The position numbers and the translations under genes are program-made. Below the pieces are notes generated by a model. That model was not told the origin of the DNA, ran no database searches, and saw only the letters and a program-made list of their open reading frames with translations. A DNA stretch of 63,522 bases, the filler included, from Planctomycetota bacterium (GTDB taxonomy: Bacteria > Planctomycetota > Planctomycetia > JALXBF01): NCBI GenBank assembly GCA_026991575.1. It is 4 parts of 4 records of this genome, joined end to end, with 100 filler letters (N's around TTAATTAATTAA, not from the genome) between each part and the next. Parts side by side here need not be neighbours in the genome. Positions count along the whole stretch, not along the records: positions 32,135 to 47,873 come from JALXBF010000120.1; 3 more parts are not named here. One strand, 5' to 3'. Positions within the stretch are counted from its first letter, which is position 1. The number at the start of each line of letters is the position of its first letter. This document shows positions 33,629 to 44,700 of this stretch, piece after piece.

Positions 33629-34954
33629 TTGGTCCTACCTTGCGGGACCTGGCCACTGTTGCTTTTCGCCGTCGGGTCGGCCATGGTGGCCCTGATCCCG
33701 TGGTGCCTGCACCCGAGCGTTGGCGTCGCCTGCATCGCCGGCAGCGTCGTGCTGCTCATGTTGGCCGAGACCCTCTGGCGTGTCGTCCGCCGAGAGAACG
33801 CAGCCGACCAACCGCCCCTTGACCAGCTACGGCGGCCGATCACCCCGCTTTGCTGGGTTGCTCTCGGCGGGCTGCTGTTGAGCTGGGGCTTAGCTCGCCT
33901 ACCGGACGCCGTGCCGCAGCGGCTCTTCGCCGACGACTTCGACTACCTCAACGACGCGCGCAACATACCGCTGTCGCCGGCATATCTGCTGAGGCCATAC
34001 AACGAACACCTCTGCGTGTTCACCCGAATCATGGCTCGTGTCGTCCTCGCTGACGACGCATCGGTAACGCTTCGGCGTGTCCGTCTGCTTTGTGGCCTGC
34101 TGGCAGCGGTCACCGTGCTGGCTATGGGGGTCCTTCAGCTCCGGCTATGTCGTCGGCCCGAGGCAGTGCTTGCTACAGCCTACTTCGCCTGGTCCCCCGT
34201 GTACGGCGAGGCGGTCGGGTGGTTCTCGGCCTCGTCCTGGCTATTCGGACTATTCAGCTTCTTACTGGCATGGCACCTGGTTGTGGGCCCGCGTGCGCGG
34301 CCGACCGCCGTCGTGCTGGCTGCGGTGCTGGTGACGCTCTCGTTGCTGAACTACACGGTCTCGCTGGTAGGCGCGTTGGCTGTGACGATGTACTTGCTCT
34401 ACGACATGCAACACAGCTCGAAGCGTCTGATAGCCCTGTTGCCGGCCATGGCCGCAGCAGCTCTTCTTTGCGTACTTGCCTTGCTGCTGGGTAAGCACGT
34501 GGTTGCAAGGGCCGACTACGCAGGACGCTCGTTTCTGGAAGCGATCGACCCGGTCCGAGCGTTGGTCTACCTCGGGCGAGCTCCTGGCGACATCGCATTT
34601 GCGTCGCTTCGGATCTGGCACACCGGCGCACTGCGACCGCTACCGCTGGTGGCCGCTGCCGGGCTGACTGTCACGGTCTCCTGGCTGATATGGTGCGGCA
34701 CGTTCAGCCACCGCCGGAACGTCGCGGCCATTTCGGCCACTGCCCTGTGGCTTTTCCTGCTGCCCTATGTCCTGGTAACGCCGTTCCGCAGTTGGGTCGA
34801 CTATCTGGATTTCGTGAACTGGGGTCGCTATCACCTGTGGCCGGCAGCCGGCCTGGCCACCGCCGCCTCGACATGGCTGACCCTGGTGAGTGAAAGGGCA
34901 TTGGGGGGCGAAGGTGCTCCGCGGTGTGGCGGACCGAGAGGCACGGGGGGCTAA
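33629..34954 (+). CDS. Polytopic membrane protein, possibly GT-C-like (start uncertain)
   Basis: Many TM segments; 'FADDFDYL' and 'PYNEH' in the first large loop. Confidence 0.6.
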   Translation: MVLPCGTWPLLLFAVGSAMVALIPWCLHPSVGVACIAGSVVLLMLAETLWRVVRRENAADQPPLDQLRRPITPLCWVALGGLLLSWGLARLPDAVPQRLFADDFDYLNDARNIPLSPAYLLRPYNEHLCVFTRIMARVVLADDASVTLRRVRLLCGLLAAVTVLAMGVLQLRLCRRPEAVLATAYFAWSPVYGEAVGWFSASSWLFGLFSFLLAWHLVVGPRARPTAVVLAAVLVTLSLLNYTVSLVGALAVTMYLLYDMQHSSKRLIALLPAMAAAALLCVLALLLGKHVVARADYAGRSFLEAIDPVRALVYLGRAPGDIAFASLRIWHTGALRPLPLVAAAGLTVTVSWLIWCGTFSHRRNVAAISATALWLFLLPYVLVTPFRSWVDYLDFVNWGRYHLWPAAGLATAASTWLTLVSERALGGEGAPRCGGPRGTGG

Positions 34955-35030
34955 TTGAACCCGTGCCCCTCGACCCGCAGCTTCTCCGTTCAGGGCGACG
35001 GCGACTGAGCGGTCACTGGTTGCCATGGCG

Positions 35031-35573
35031 CTACTGTCCGGCCCCGACGGCTCGCTCACGCGATGCCTGCCGCAGCAGGGCGCCGAGCACGTCTGTCGTG
35101 GTGATGATGCCCACGAGTCGCGATTGCTCGTCAACGACCAGGATCCGGTGGATGTGGGCATCAAGCATCTGGCGGATAACTTCGGCCAGCGGCGTCTCAT
35201 CGCGCACGGTGACCAGATCGCGGGTCATGTACTGTTCAACCGTTGCCTCCGGTTCCTCGGCAAACTCCTGCTGAACCTCCTCCCAGCGTGTCCATTCCTC
35301 CGTGCCCACCTCATACTCCTCGGGCGTTCGGTAGTAGATGCTGGGGCGAATCGACTCCTGCGTCGCTCGGTCTTCCTCGTAGGCAAGCACGTCGGATGCG
35401 GAGAAGACGCCCACGCAGATGCCCAGGTCGTTGACCACGGGCGCGCCGCTGATCTGTTCGCGCAACAGCAAGTGAGCGGCGTCGCTGATCGGATCGTCCG
35501 GTCCAAGGGTCACCACTTCGCGCGTCATCACGTCACGGGCGCGTACCGTGTTGAGCCACTCGGCCACGTGCAT
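35031..35573 (-). CDS. CBS-pair domain protein
   Basis: 'ARDVMTREVVT..ISGAPVV', 'MTRDLVTV..IHRILVVD..GIITTTD'. Confidence 0.92.
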   Translation of the reverse strand: MHVAEWLNTVRARDVMTREVVTLGPDDPISDAAHLLLREQISGAPVVNDLGICVGVFSASDVLAYEEDRATQESIRPSIYYRTPEEYEVGTEEWTRWEEVQQEFAEEPEATVEQYMTRDLVTVRDETPLAEVIRQMLDAHIHRILVVDEQSRLVGIITTTDVLGALLRQASRERAVGAGQ

Positions 35574-35647
35574 CGCACTTCCTCCCGGCGGCCCTCTCCC
35601 GGCCACCTGTGTGCAACGTTCGCCGGAACAACGCACCGGGAACAGTG

Positions 35648-35663
35648 TGCGAAACGCATGCCG
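35648..35663 (-). promoter_or_regulatory. Possible sigma54 promoter of the CBS gene
   Basis: Minus strand CGGCATGCGTTTCGCA (GG-N10-GC), ~75 bp upstream of the ATG. Confidence 0.35.
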
Positions 35664-35835
35664 TACCGTTCGGGCCGCCCCCCGTCACAGAACCGGCCAG
35701 AACCGCTCAGAACGGGCTGGTGACCACCGTGTGGTCGCGAAAGTGTGCGAAACCGTACACTATCGATGAGCCGAACGGAGCCATCGGCGGGACACGAAGC
35801 ACGGGTAGCCGAACGCAGAGGTCGTTGCCATCGAC

Positions 35836-37110
35836 GTGCAGAGCAGGCAGTTCAGAGAAGCAGGCCACGAACCGGACGAGGAGCAGCTGCAGCGCCGCCT
35901 GGCGTACTTCCGGCTTGGTCCAGCGGAACTGGCCCGGCTGAAGGAGGTTGGCCAACAGTTCGAAGACTACCTGGCCGGATTCGTGGATTTCTTTTATACC
36001 CACCTTCAGAGCTTCCCGGAAACGGGCCGTTTTCTCCGCGACCCGCAGCTTGTCGATCGCCTCAAGCAGGCTCAGCAGCAGTACTTCCGGTCGTTGTTCG
36101 AGGGCAAGCTGGACAACGCCGTGGTCGAGTACCGGTACCTGATCGGCAGGAAGCATGCTGAGGTGGGGTTGGCACCGCAGTGGTTCCTGGGCGCGTACGC
36201 GCTGTATCTGGAGTTCTGCGTCGGCCAGCTGGCACGATCGGGGCTGCCGAAGGAGAAAGCCGATCTACTGGTCGCGCTGGTAAAGTTCATCCTTTTTGAC
36301 GTTAGCCTCACACTGGAGGCGTACTTCCGCCGCGCGACGGAGCACATCCGGCTTGCACTGCAGATGCTACAGGAGTCGAATGCGGAGCTGAAGGACTTTG
36401 CCCGCCTGGTCAGCCATGACCTGCGCACGCCGATCGCTACGGTGATGGGCCTGTGTGAAGAGTTCATCGACGAGTACGGTGACCAGATACCGGCTGGAGC
36501 GCGCGAGTTGGTTGAGGAGGCACGTGCTCAGACGCGCCGCATCGCCCACCTGCTACATGAGCTGACAAACATCTCTCAGGCAAGCGGGGACCTTGCCGCC
36601 CGCGAGTTGGTCTCACCCCGGGCACTGCTCGATGAGGTGATCGACCGGCTTCGGCCGGAGATCGAAGCCAAGGGGGTTCGGATCCAGATCCAGGATAAGC
36701 TGCCCCGCGTCTGCGTCCACCCGGGTCGTTTTCGCGAGATCTTTTACCAACTGCTGTCTAACGCGGTGAAATTCTCCGAGGGCGAAGCGCCGGTTGTGAG
36801 GGTGTATGCTGAAGAGGGTCAAGGGGCACACACGTTTTTCGTTGCCGATCAAGGGCCGGGCATTCCCGAGGACGTGCTCGACCTCGTTTTCCTGCCGTTC
36901 TGGCGCATGCCGAAGCACCGCGACGTACCGGGCACGGGCCTGGGGTTGTACTTCGTGAAGACGATGGTCGAGGAGCAGGGCGGGCGGATCGAGCTGCGTC
37001 CGCTACCGGAAGGCGGCACGCTCGCGGCAGTGACTCTGCCTGCCGCGCGCTCCCCACACCCTCCCCCCCTCTGGCCTCAGTCAGACACGGAGCGCACCGA
37101 TGCAAGTTAA
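35836..37110 (+). CDS. Globin-coupled (protoglobin) sensor histidine kinase
   Basis: 'FYTHL', proximal His 'IGRKHAEVGL'; H-box 'SHDLRTP', 'NAVKF', 'DQGPGI', 'GTGLGL'. Confidence 0.9.
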   Translation: MQSRQFREAGHEPDEEQLQRRLAYFRLGPAELARLKEVGQQFEDYLAGFVDFFYTHLQSFPETGRFLRDPQLVDRLKQAQQQYFRSLFEGKLDNAVVEYRYLIGRKHAEVGLAPQWFLGAYALYLEFCVGQLARSGLPKEKADLLVALVKFILFDVSLTLEAYFRRATEHIRLALQMLQESNAELKDFARLVSHDLRTPIATVMGLCEEFIDEYGDQIPAGARELVEEARAQTRRIAHLLHELTNISQASGDLAARELVSPRALLDEVIDRLRPEIEAKGVRIQIQDKLPRVCVHPGRFREIFYQLLSNAVKFSEGEAPVVRVYAEEGQGAHTFFVADQGPGIPEDVLDLVFLPFWRMPKHRDVPGTGLGLYFVKTMVEEQGGRIELRPLPEGGTLAAVTLPAARSPHPPPLWPQSDTERTDAS

Positions 37111-38572
37111 CCCAGCTGTAACCGCGCTGGTTGCAACCTTTTACTGCTTCCTGCTAAGCACTCCACCGGCTGTGCGTGGCGCAGAACGGCCGAACATCGT
37201 CCTGATCCTCGCCGACGATCTGGGCTATGGCGATCCGGGCTGCTACAACCCGGACTCCAAGATTCCAACGCCCAACATAGATCGGCTGGCGGCCGAAGGC
37301 ATCCGTTTCACCGACGCACACACGCCGTCGGCCGTGTGCACACCGACCCGCTACGGCCTGCTGACCGGCCGCTACTGCTGGCGTACCCGGCTGAAACGCG
37401 GCGTGCTCATTGGCTCATCCCGAGCCCTGATCGAGCCAGACCGATCAACCATCGCCGCCCTGCTGCAGAAGTACGGCTATCGCACAGCAGCAATCGGCAA
37501 ATGGCACCTCGGCTTCCAGGATCCCGAGCAGGGGAGGCAGGTGGACTACGATCTGCCCTTGCGCCCAGGTCCGGTCACTCAGGGCTTCGACTATTTCTTC
37601 GGGATCCCGGCCTCGCTGGACATGGAGCCGTACGTGTTCGTGCGGAACGACACACCGGTTGAGCCGTTACTGGGCCGGATCGCCGCCAGCAAGATGCGGC
37701 GACGCGGTGGTGGCGGCTTCTGGCGCGCAGGCCGCATCAGCCCCAGCTTCCGACATGAAGATTGCCTGCCACGACTGACGCGCGAAGCGTTGTGGTTCAT
37801 CCAGGACCACCAGGCGAACTACCCCGACAGGCCGTTCTTTCTGTACTTCGCCTTGACCGCGCCCCACACCCCGTGGATGCCGATCGAACCATTCCGCGGT
37901 GCCACGCCGGTGGGCTATTACGGGGATTTCGTCGCCCAGGTCGACTGGGTGGTGGGCCTGATCACGGCGGAGCTGGACCGGTTGGGAATTGCCCACAACA
38001 CGCTGGTCATCTTTACTAGCGACAACGGCGCCCACTGGCTGCCGAGCGACATCCAGCGGTACGGTCACCGGGCCAACGGACCGCTCCGCGGACAGAAGGC
38101 CGACATCCACGAAGGCGGCCACCGCGTACCGTTCATCGTGCGCTGGCCCGCTCGCGCCCGGGCAGGTGCCGTCACTGGCCGGCTCGTCTGCCTCACCGAC
38201 GTCTATGCAACGCTGGCCGAACTGGTCGGCCATGAGCTCGCAGAGAACGAGGCGGAAGACAGCTACAGCTTTCTCGACGAGCTTCTCGGCAGCAAGCCCC
38301 AGCAGCCCGTTCGCAGCGCCATCGTGCACCATTCAGGCTCGGGCATGTTTGCCATCCGCAAAGGGCCCTGGAAGCTGATCCTTGGCCTCGGCTCGGGCGG
38401 ATTCACACCACCACGTCGCCTGGAACCGACGCCCGGCGGCCCGAAAGGCCAACTATACAACCTGGCCGAAGACCCCGCCGAAACCAGGAACCTGTGGCTT
38501 GAAAAGCCGGATGTCGTCAGCGAGCTAACCCAGCTGCTCGAGCGGTACCGCGCCTCAGGCCGGAGCCGTTAG
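37100..38572 (+). CDS. Arylsulfatase (Cys-type formylglycine sulfatase)
   Basis: 'PNIVLILADDLG', 'CTPTRYGLLTGR', 'GKWHLG'. Confidence 0.95.
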   Translation: MQVNPAVTALVATFYCFLLSTPPAVRGAERPNIVLILADDLGYGDPGCYNPDSKIPTPNIDRLAAEGIRFTDAHTPSAVCTPTRYGLLTGRYCWRTRLKRGVLIGSSRALIEPDRSTIAALLQKYGYRTAAIGKWHLGFQDPEQGRQVDYDLPLRPGPVTQGFDYFFGIPASLDMEPYVFVRNDTPVEPLLGRIAASKMRRRGGGGFWRAGRISPSFRHEDCLPRLTREALWFIQDHQANYPDRPFFLYFALTAPHTPWMPIEPFRGATPVGYYGDFVAQVDWVVGLITAELDRLGIAHNTLVIFTSDNGAHWLPSDIQRYGHRANGPLRGQKADIHEGGHRVPFIVRWPARARAGAVTGRLVCLTDVYATLAELVGHELAENEAEDSYSFLDELLGSKPQQPVRSAIVHHSGSGMFAIRKGPWKLILGLGSGGFTPPRRLEPTPGGPKGQLYNLAEDPAETRNLWLEKPDVVSELTQLLERYRASGRSR

Positions 38573-38588
38573 CACACAGACCGCCACG

Positions 38589-39806
38589 ATGGCCCGAACA
38601 CTGCTCCTCGCCCTCGGAACCGCCGAACCAGCCTTGCCGCACGAGCGGCAAGTAGCCAGACTCCTCCAACAGCTCCGCAACGTGCTGGGCCCGTGGTCAG
38701 AGCAGGATCGTGTCGGAGTCATCGTTGCCGGTGACTCGCTGCGGAGCCACACGCTGGCACCCGCCGCCGTCGCTCCCCCCCTGTCCCCCTTCGGCCGCGA
38801 GCTCGCTCTCTGGCGCGTTCCACCGGCTCTGCCCTTGGAACAGACCGCGCAGCTCATCGATACGTTGGCCCGTTGGCTCGGAAATTCCCCCGGCGAACCG
38901 ACCTGCTACGTACTGACGCATGCGGCCCCGCATTGCGTCGTGTTGCTCGTGCTCACAGCGGCAATCTGTGGCGCACCGCTTGCAACCGTCGATCCCGACG
39001 CCGGCACGCTGGTCCAACGCATCGAGCTGCCGCCGCTCGTGCCCGATCCACAGTTGTGGATCGACTGGTTGAGCGAACCCGCCGGGCCCAAAGGAGCCAA
39101 CGACGCCGCCTTAAGCAGCGACCCGCTTGGCGCCTCCCTCTATCGCAAGCTTCGCTTCATCTGGCCCGACGCCAGTGAGATCCCCTGCCCGTGGGGCAGC
39201 CACGGGCCCGAGTCGCACGGAACCGTTGCGCCGGAGCCGCGAACCACGACTCCGAACAAGCCCCAACCCGTCAGCCGGCCGTCCGACACACTGCTCGGCG
39301 AACGGTTCCGTCGGCTCCTGGCACGATGCTATCGCGATCGGGTTACCGGACTGGCCAACCGAGCCTTTTATGAGGACGTGTTCGCAACGCACGTTGCCCG
39401 TCGGTGGTCGCATCAGGCTGCAGGCCTTATCCTACTGGACATTAACAACCTCAAGGACATCAACGACACGATCGGCTACGCGGCGGGTGATCGCGTGCTG
39501 AGTGTCGTGGGAGCCGAGCTGACCCGTGCCGTCACCGCCTGGAACTGTGGCGAAGCCTACGCGATTCGCTGGGGGGGTGACGAGTTCCTGGTAGGCTTCT
39601 CGGACGAACGGCTGACAGAGGCCACCGTCTGCTGGCGCCGTGACCAGTTGCACGTCCAACTCTCTGGAGCGCTTCGCGGTCTGCCCGGCGCGCCGTCGGT
39701 CACGGTTGTCGCTGCGTTTACCCCCCCTGGAGGTCCGAGCCTGATCGCGTGTTTCGACCGGCTGGACCAGGAACTGCGCGCGGCCAAACGCCGCTCGAAA
39801 GGCTGA
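38589..39806 (+). CDS. GGDEF diguanylate cyclase with N-terminal CARF-like Rossmann domain
   Basis: 'DRVTGLANR', 'LDINNLKDINDTIGYAAGD', 'RWGGDEF'. The N-terminal domain call is tentative. Confidence 0.8.
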   Translation: MARTLLLALGTAEPALPHERQVARLLQQLRNVLGPWSEQDRVGVIVAGDSLRSHTLAPAAVAPPLSPFGRELALWRVPPALPLEQTAQLIDTLARWLGNSPGEPTCYVLTHAAPHCVVLLVLTAAICGAPLATVDPDAGTLVQRIELPPLVPDPQLWIDWLSEPAGPKGANDAALSSDPLGASLYRKLRFIWPDASEIPCPWGSHGPESHGTVAPEPRTTTPNKPQPVSRPSDTLLGERFRRLLARCYRDRVTGLANRAFYEDVFATHVARRWSHQAAGLILLDINNLKDINDTIGYAAGDRVLSVVGAELTRAVTAWNCGEAYAIRWGGDEFLVGFSDERLTEATVCWRRDQLHVQLSGALRGLPGAPSVTVVAAFTPPGGPSLIACFDRLDQELRAAKRRSKG

Positions 39807-40299
39807 CCGCACCATGCCGGCCATCGGCAAGCGCCACGCCGCAATGTGGCCAACCCCAGCACGACGGCATCCCCAGTACTGCTCGCGCAAGCACAGGCAA
39901 CCACGCTGAAGCAACCGGCCGTGATCGAACGGATCGAGCGACAGCTTACCGTGCCCGTCCATGATCAACTGCAACAAGCTCCGCGAAGACCGGCGCTCCG
40001 CTCTTACCCGATCAGGCTACCGCTGCTGGAGAAGGCGGTGGTACCCCCCCTGCTCACTGTCGCACCAAACGGCAGACCGCCTTCTCCTGGTCTTTCTCCC
40101 CGGGGCATTCCAGCACACCGCCTGGGTGGTCACAACCATCCGGTGCGGGGCCCGTTGGGCAGGCCGACAGAGAAGGTGGACGGTCGGGGTTTTGGTTGGG
40201 GCGAGATCCGAATTGCGCGGCCGGCAGCGTTCCTGTGCCTGCGTCCAAGCTCGCGTTAGAATCGCGCGATGGAGCTACCGACACAGCGGAGAACGCACC

Positions 40300-41676
40300 A
40301 TGAGACGGCTTACCGCCTGCATAGGCCTCCTTGTCGCTTTCGTGCCTTTCTACTCGGGTGCATCCGCGCAAGCGTGTGACCGCCCCAGCCTCAAGGTCGG
40401 CGCAGCTGCTGTGAACCTGCCTGCCGACGACTCGATGGTCATCGCCGGCGGCATTCTGCCGCGGTATGCAAGAGGCCAGGAAGGCGAGTTGCGAGCGGTG
40501 GCGGTGGTCATCGAGCGGCCCGGGGACACAACGCTGGCCATCGTCGCCTGCGACGTGCTGTTTGTCACCCGCGACTTCGTCGACCCGGCGGTGGCCGAGA
40601 TTCAGCAACGTACCGGGATTCCCGCCGAGAACATCCTCGTCAACGCCACGCACACGCACCACGCCCCCAGCACAACCGTTGTGCACGGATACGGCCGTGA
40701 GGAGGCGTTCGTGGCTCGCCTGAAGGACGCGATCGTCGAGGCGGTTGTCCGCGCGCACGAGCGGCGTGCGCCGGCTTGTTTCTACTTTCATCTGGGAGAA
40801 GAACGCACGGTTGGAGCAAACAGTCGACGCCGTCTGCCAGACGGACTGATCTACTGGATTGGCCCAAACCCGATGCGGTACCCGCCCACCGGGCCGTTCG
40901 ACCCGGAACTTCCGGTGCTGGCCTTCAAAGCACCCGACGGAAGCTACCGTGCCGTGATCTACAACCATTCCACGCACACGATCGGCACCATCCGCGGCAA
41001 CGTGCGTTCGCCCAGCTTCTACGGGCTCGCCGCCCAGGAACTCGAAAAAGAACTGGGCACGACCGTCTGCTTCCTGGAGGGAGCGTCCGGTTCGACCCAC
41101 AACATCACGGGCGTGCCCGTGGCAGAGGCGGTGCGACGGTTCAAGGCCGCGGTGCGCCGCTCACTGCAACAGGCCGAACATCGTAACGTGCACCGGCTGG
41201 CCGCCGCGAAGGAACCGTTCCGCTTCACCGTGCGGCGATTCAATGAGCAGGAAGAGGACCGCAAGGTCGTGCGCTACTGCAACAAGTACGCGGGCAAACA
41301 GGCAAAGGCATATATCGAAGTCTTCCGCGCCATGCGCCGCAAGCTCGCCCCCCTGCAAGGACAACCACGCGAAACATGGTTGCAGGTGATGGTCATCGAC
41401 GACGTAGGCATCGCCGGCGTACCTGCCGAATACTTCACCATGCTGGGTATCCAGATCAAACGGAGGTCGCCACTTCGCAACACCGTTGTCGCAGAACTGG
41501 CCAACGATTGGATCGGTTACCTGCCCGATCGTCAGGCCCACCGGCTTGGTGGATACCAGACCTGGATGGGCCTGCACTCCTATGCGGAAATCGGCACCGG
41601 AGAACGCGTCGCCGACCGAATCGTGGCGATGTTCCAGGAGTTGGTCAGCAACCCGCCTGCCGGTACCCGGCCGTGA
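40300..41676 (+). CDS. Secreted neutral/alkaline ceramidase-like metallohydrolase
   Basis: 'NATHTHHAP', 'PAEYF', 'ELANDWIGYLP..GGYQ'. Confidence 0.8.
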   Translation: MRRLTACIGLLVAFVPFYSGASAQACDRPSLKVGAAAVNLPADDSMVIAGGILPRYARGQEGELRAVAVVIERPGDTTLAIVACDVLFVTRDFVDPAVAEIQQRTGIPAENILVNATHTHHAPSTTVVHGYGREEAFVARLKDAIVEAVVRAHERRAPACFYFHLGEERTVGANSRRRLPDGLIYWIGPNPMRYPPTGPFDPELPVLAFKAPDGSYRAVIYNHSTHTIGTIRGNVRSPSFYGLAAQELEKELGTTVCFLEGASGSTHNITGVPVAEAVRRFKAAVRRSLQQAEHRNVHRLAAAKEPFRFTVRRFNEQEEDRKVVRYCNKYAGKQAKAYIEVFRAMRRKLAPLQGQPRETWLQVMVIDDVGIAGVPAEYFTMLGIQIKRRSPLRNTVVAELANDWIGYLPDRQAHRLGGYQTWMGLHSYAEIGTGERVADRIVAMFQELVSNPPAGTRP

Positions 41677-41737
41677 CCGCGACGGCCGTCGGCCCATACC
41701 AGAACCAGTGAGATAGCACACGGGGGCTTGCACTGAA

Positions 41738-44700
41738 ATGAGCGAACCGCAACGGCCGTTTTACCGCCTCATGGTGGGAACGCTCCTGCCGTGGCTGCTT
41801 CTTGCAGGGTCAGCCTGCGCCGAGCAACCCAAACGGCAGCCGCTCCGGGCTGGTGCATCAGCCGTCGACATCACTCCGCAGCAATTCCCCGTGATTGTCA
41901 ACGGGTCGTTCCTGGAGAAGAAAGCGACCAAAGCCTATGACCGGCTCAAAGCTCGTGCACTGGTATTGGATGACGGCGTCAGTAGAGTTGCACTGGTCGT
42001 TGTCGACAGCCTGATGCTGCCACGCGCGTTACTTGACGAGGTTAAGCAGGAGGCTCAGCGACGTACCGGCATTCCCAGCAGCCGAATCCTGATCGCTGCC
42101 ACGCACACTCACTCGGCCCCTTCCGCCATGGCCTGTCTGGGCAGTCGGCGTGATGATGCCTACGTGGCGTTCTTGAAGCCGCGTCTGGTGCAAGCCATTG
42201 AGCGAGCTGCCGCTCGGTTGACCGAGGCAGAGATCGGCTGGACCGTTGTGCCTGCCACGACGTTGAACCACTGCCGCCGGTGGATCTTCCGGCCCGATCG
42301 CGTCGGGCGCGACCCGTTTGGCAACCCGACCGTTCGGGCGAACATGCACCCCGGTTACCAGAGTCCCAATCACATCGGCCCCGCCGGCCCGGCGGATCGA
42401 GAACTGACCGTCGTAGCCGTGCGCAGACCGGGCGGGACGTTGATGGCAGTGCTGGCAAATTTCGCCTTCCACTACTACGGCACTGCGCCTGTCTCCGGCG
42501 ACGTGGCCGGTCGTTTCGGGCCGACCCTTGCCCGGCTGCTGGGCATCGACCGGTCGGAAGCGTTTGTCGGCATGCTCAGCCAGGGAACTTCCGGCGACAG
42601 CATGTGGATGGACTACAGCCGGCCGGCGCCGAAGCGAGACATGGACGCTTACGTGGGGCAATTGGCTCGGCTGGCGGCCAGCGCATTGGATCGTCTCTCG
42701 TACCGGCGTCGCGTACCGCTGGCGATGGCCGAGGCCGAGCTCACGCTGCGGCGACGCGTGCCGGATGAGAAGCGCCTGGCGTGGGCACGTCAGATTGTGG
42801 CCCGCATGGGGGACCGGTTGCCACGCAACCTGCAGGAGGTCTACGCCAGGGAGGCCATCTACCTGGCACGCGACCCGGTCGCCCGCCTGAAGCTACAGGC
42901 CATCCGCATCGGCGAGCTGGGCATTGTGGCAATGCCTAACGAGGTCTACGGCATCACCGGGATGAAGATCAAGCTGGCGAGCCCGCTGCCGACGACTTTC
43001 GTCATCGAGCTGGCCAACGGAGCGGAGGGCTACATCCCACCGCCCGAACAGCATGTCCTTGGCGGTTACACGACCTGGCCGGCTCGCACGGCCGGGCTCG
43101 AGGTTACCGCCGAACCGAAGATCGTCCAGACCGTGCTCGGCCTGCTGGAAAAGGTGGCCGGTGAGAAGAGGCGACCGATCAGAGATCCGGTGCACCGTTA
43201 CGCGCAGGCGGTGCGTCGATTGAAGCCGGCAGGCTGGTGGCGTCTGGGCGAGATTTCGGGCACAACGGCACATGACGCGGCCGGCCGTCATGACGGCCGC
43301 TACGAGCCGGGTGTTGTCTTCTACCTGCCCGGGCCGCACGGTGAAGGCTTCGCAGGGGGACGGTTCGGCAACCGGGCCGCTCAGTTCGCCGGCGGCCGGG
43401 TCCGGGTGAGGTTGGGGCAGGTGCCTGAGCAATACAGCATTGCGTTCTGGTTCTGGAACGGCCTGCCTGACCGCACACGCGCGGTCACAGCCTATCTCGT
43501 TTCGCTGGGCAGAGAGGGAGACCGCCAGGCTGAGGGGGACCATGTTGGCCTAGGCGGTACTGCCGAGCCGGGAATGGCAGGTAAGCTGTTCTTCTTCAAC
43601 GGGAACCGGGACCACACGCTAATCGTGGGCAAGACCACCGTGCCGCTGCGACGGTGGACTCACGTCGTCTTCGTCCGAGACGGACGTAGGGTCAGGCTGT
43701 ACGTGGACGGGAGGCTGGATGCCGAGGGTGAAGCCCCGGTGACGCGGCCGGTCAAAGAGGTGGAGCTATTCCTGGGAGGTCGCTGTGACCGCTTCGCGCC
43801 GCTTGAGGGCCGGCTCGATGAGGTTGCGTTCTTCAACCGGGTGCTATCGGACGATGAGGTGGCGGCGTTATTCGAAGCCTCTGGTCTGCGTCCGCTTGCC
43901 GAAGCTGCCGCGGCCGGCCCAACCCATCCCGAGTCGCCTCCTCTGGCCCCGTCAGAAGCATTGCGCGCGATCCACGTGCGGCCGGGTTATCGAGTCGAAC
44001 TGGTCGCCGCCGAACCGCTGGTACAGGACCCGGTAGCCATCGCCTGGGGCAACGACGGCAAACTGTGGGTCGCCGAGATGGCCGACTACCCCCTGGGAAT
44101 CGACGGCAAGGGCAAGCCGGGCGGTCGCATCCGGTTCCTGGAAGACACCGATGGCGACGGCCGCTATGACCGGTCCGTGGTCTTCCTGGAGAGTTTACCT
44201 TTTCCGAATGGTGTCATGCCCTGGCGCGGCGGCGTTCTCATCACCTCCGCGCCGAACATCCTCTACGCGGAGGACACGGACGGCGATGGCCGGGCAGACC
44301 GGACGGAGATCCTGTTCAGCGGGTTCCATGAGGGCAACCAGCAGCTCCGGGTCAACGGTCTGCGGTGGGGCCTGGACAACTGGGTGCACTGCGCGAACGG
44401 TCGGCATCGAGCGGGCTATCGAGGCGCGGACCAGGTCGTTTCGGTCAAGACCGGCCGGCAACTGCTCCTGGGCAGCCGCGATTTCCGTTTTCAGCCGGAC
44501 ACGGGCCGGCTGGATCCGGAGTCGGGTCCCAGCCAGTTTGGCCGCACGCGCGACGATTGGGGCAACTGGTTCGGCTGCATGAACAGCTGGCCGATGTGGC
44601 ACTACGTGCTGCCGGACCGTTACCTGCGGCGGAACCCCCACTTCGTGCCTCCCGATCCACGTCACCAGCTGTTCACTCCCATGAACCCAAGGGTCTACCC

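Noticed and set aside
38589..39806. GGDEF protein as a Cas10-like cOA synthase
   Set aside because: It has the canonical diguanylate cyclase signature (GGDEF, not GGDD) and is far too short for Cas10.
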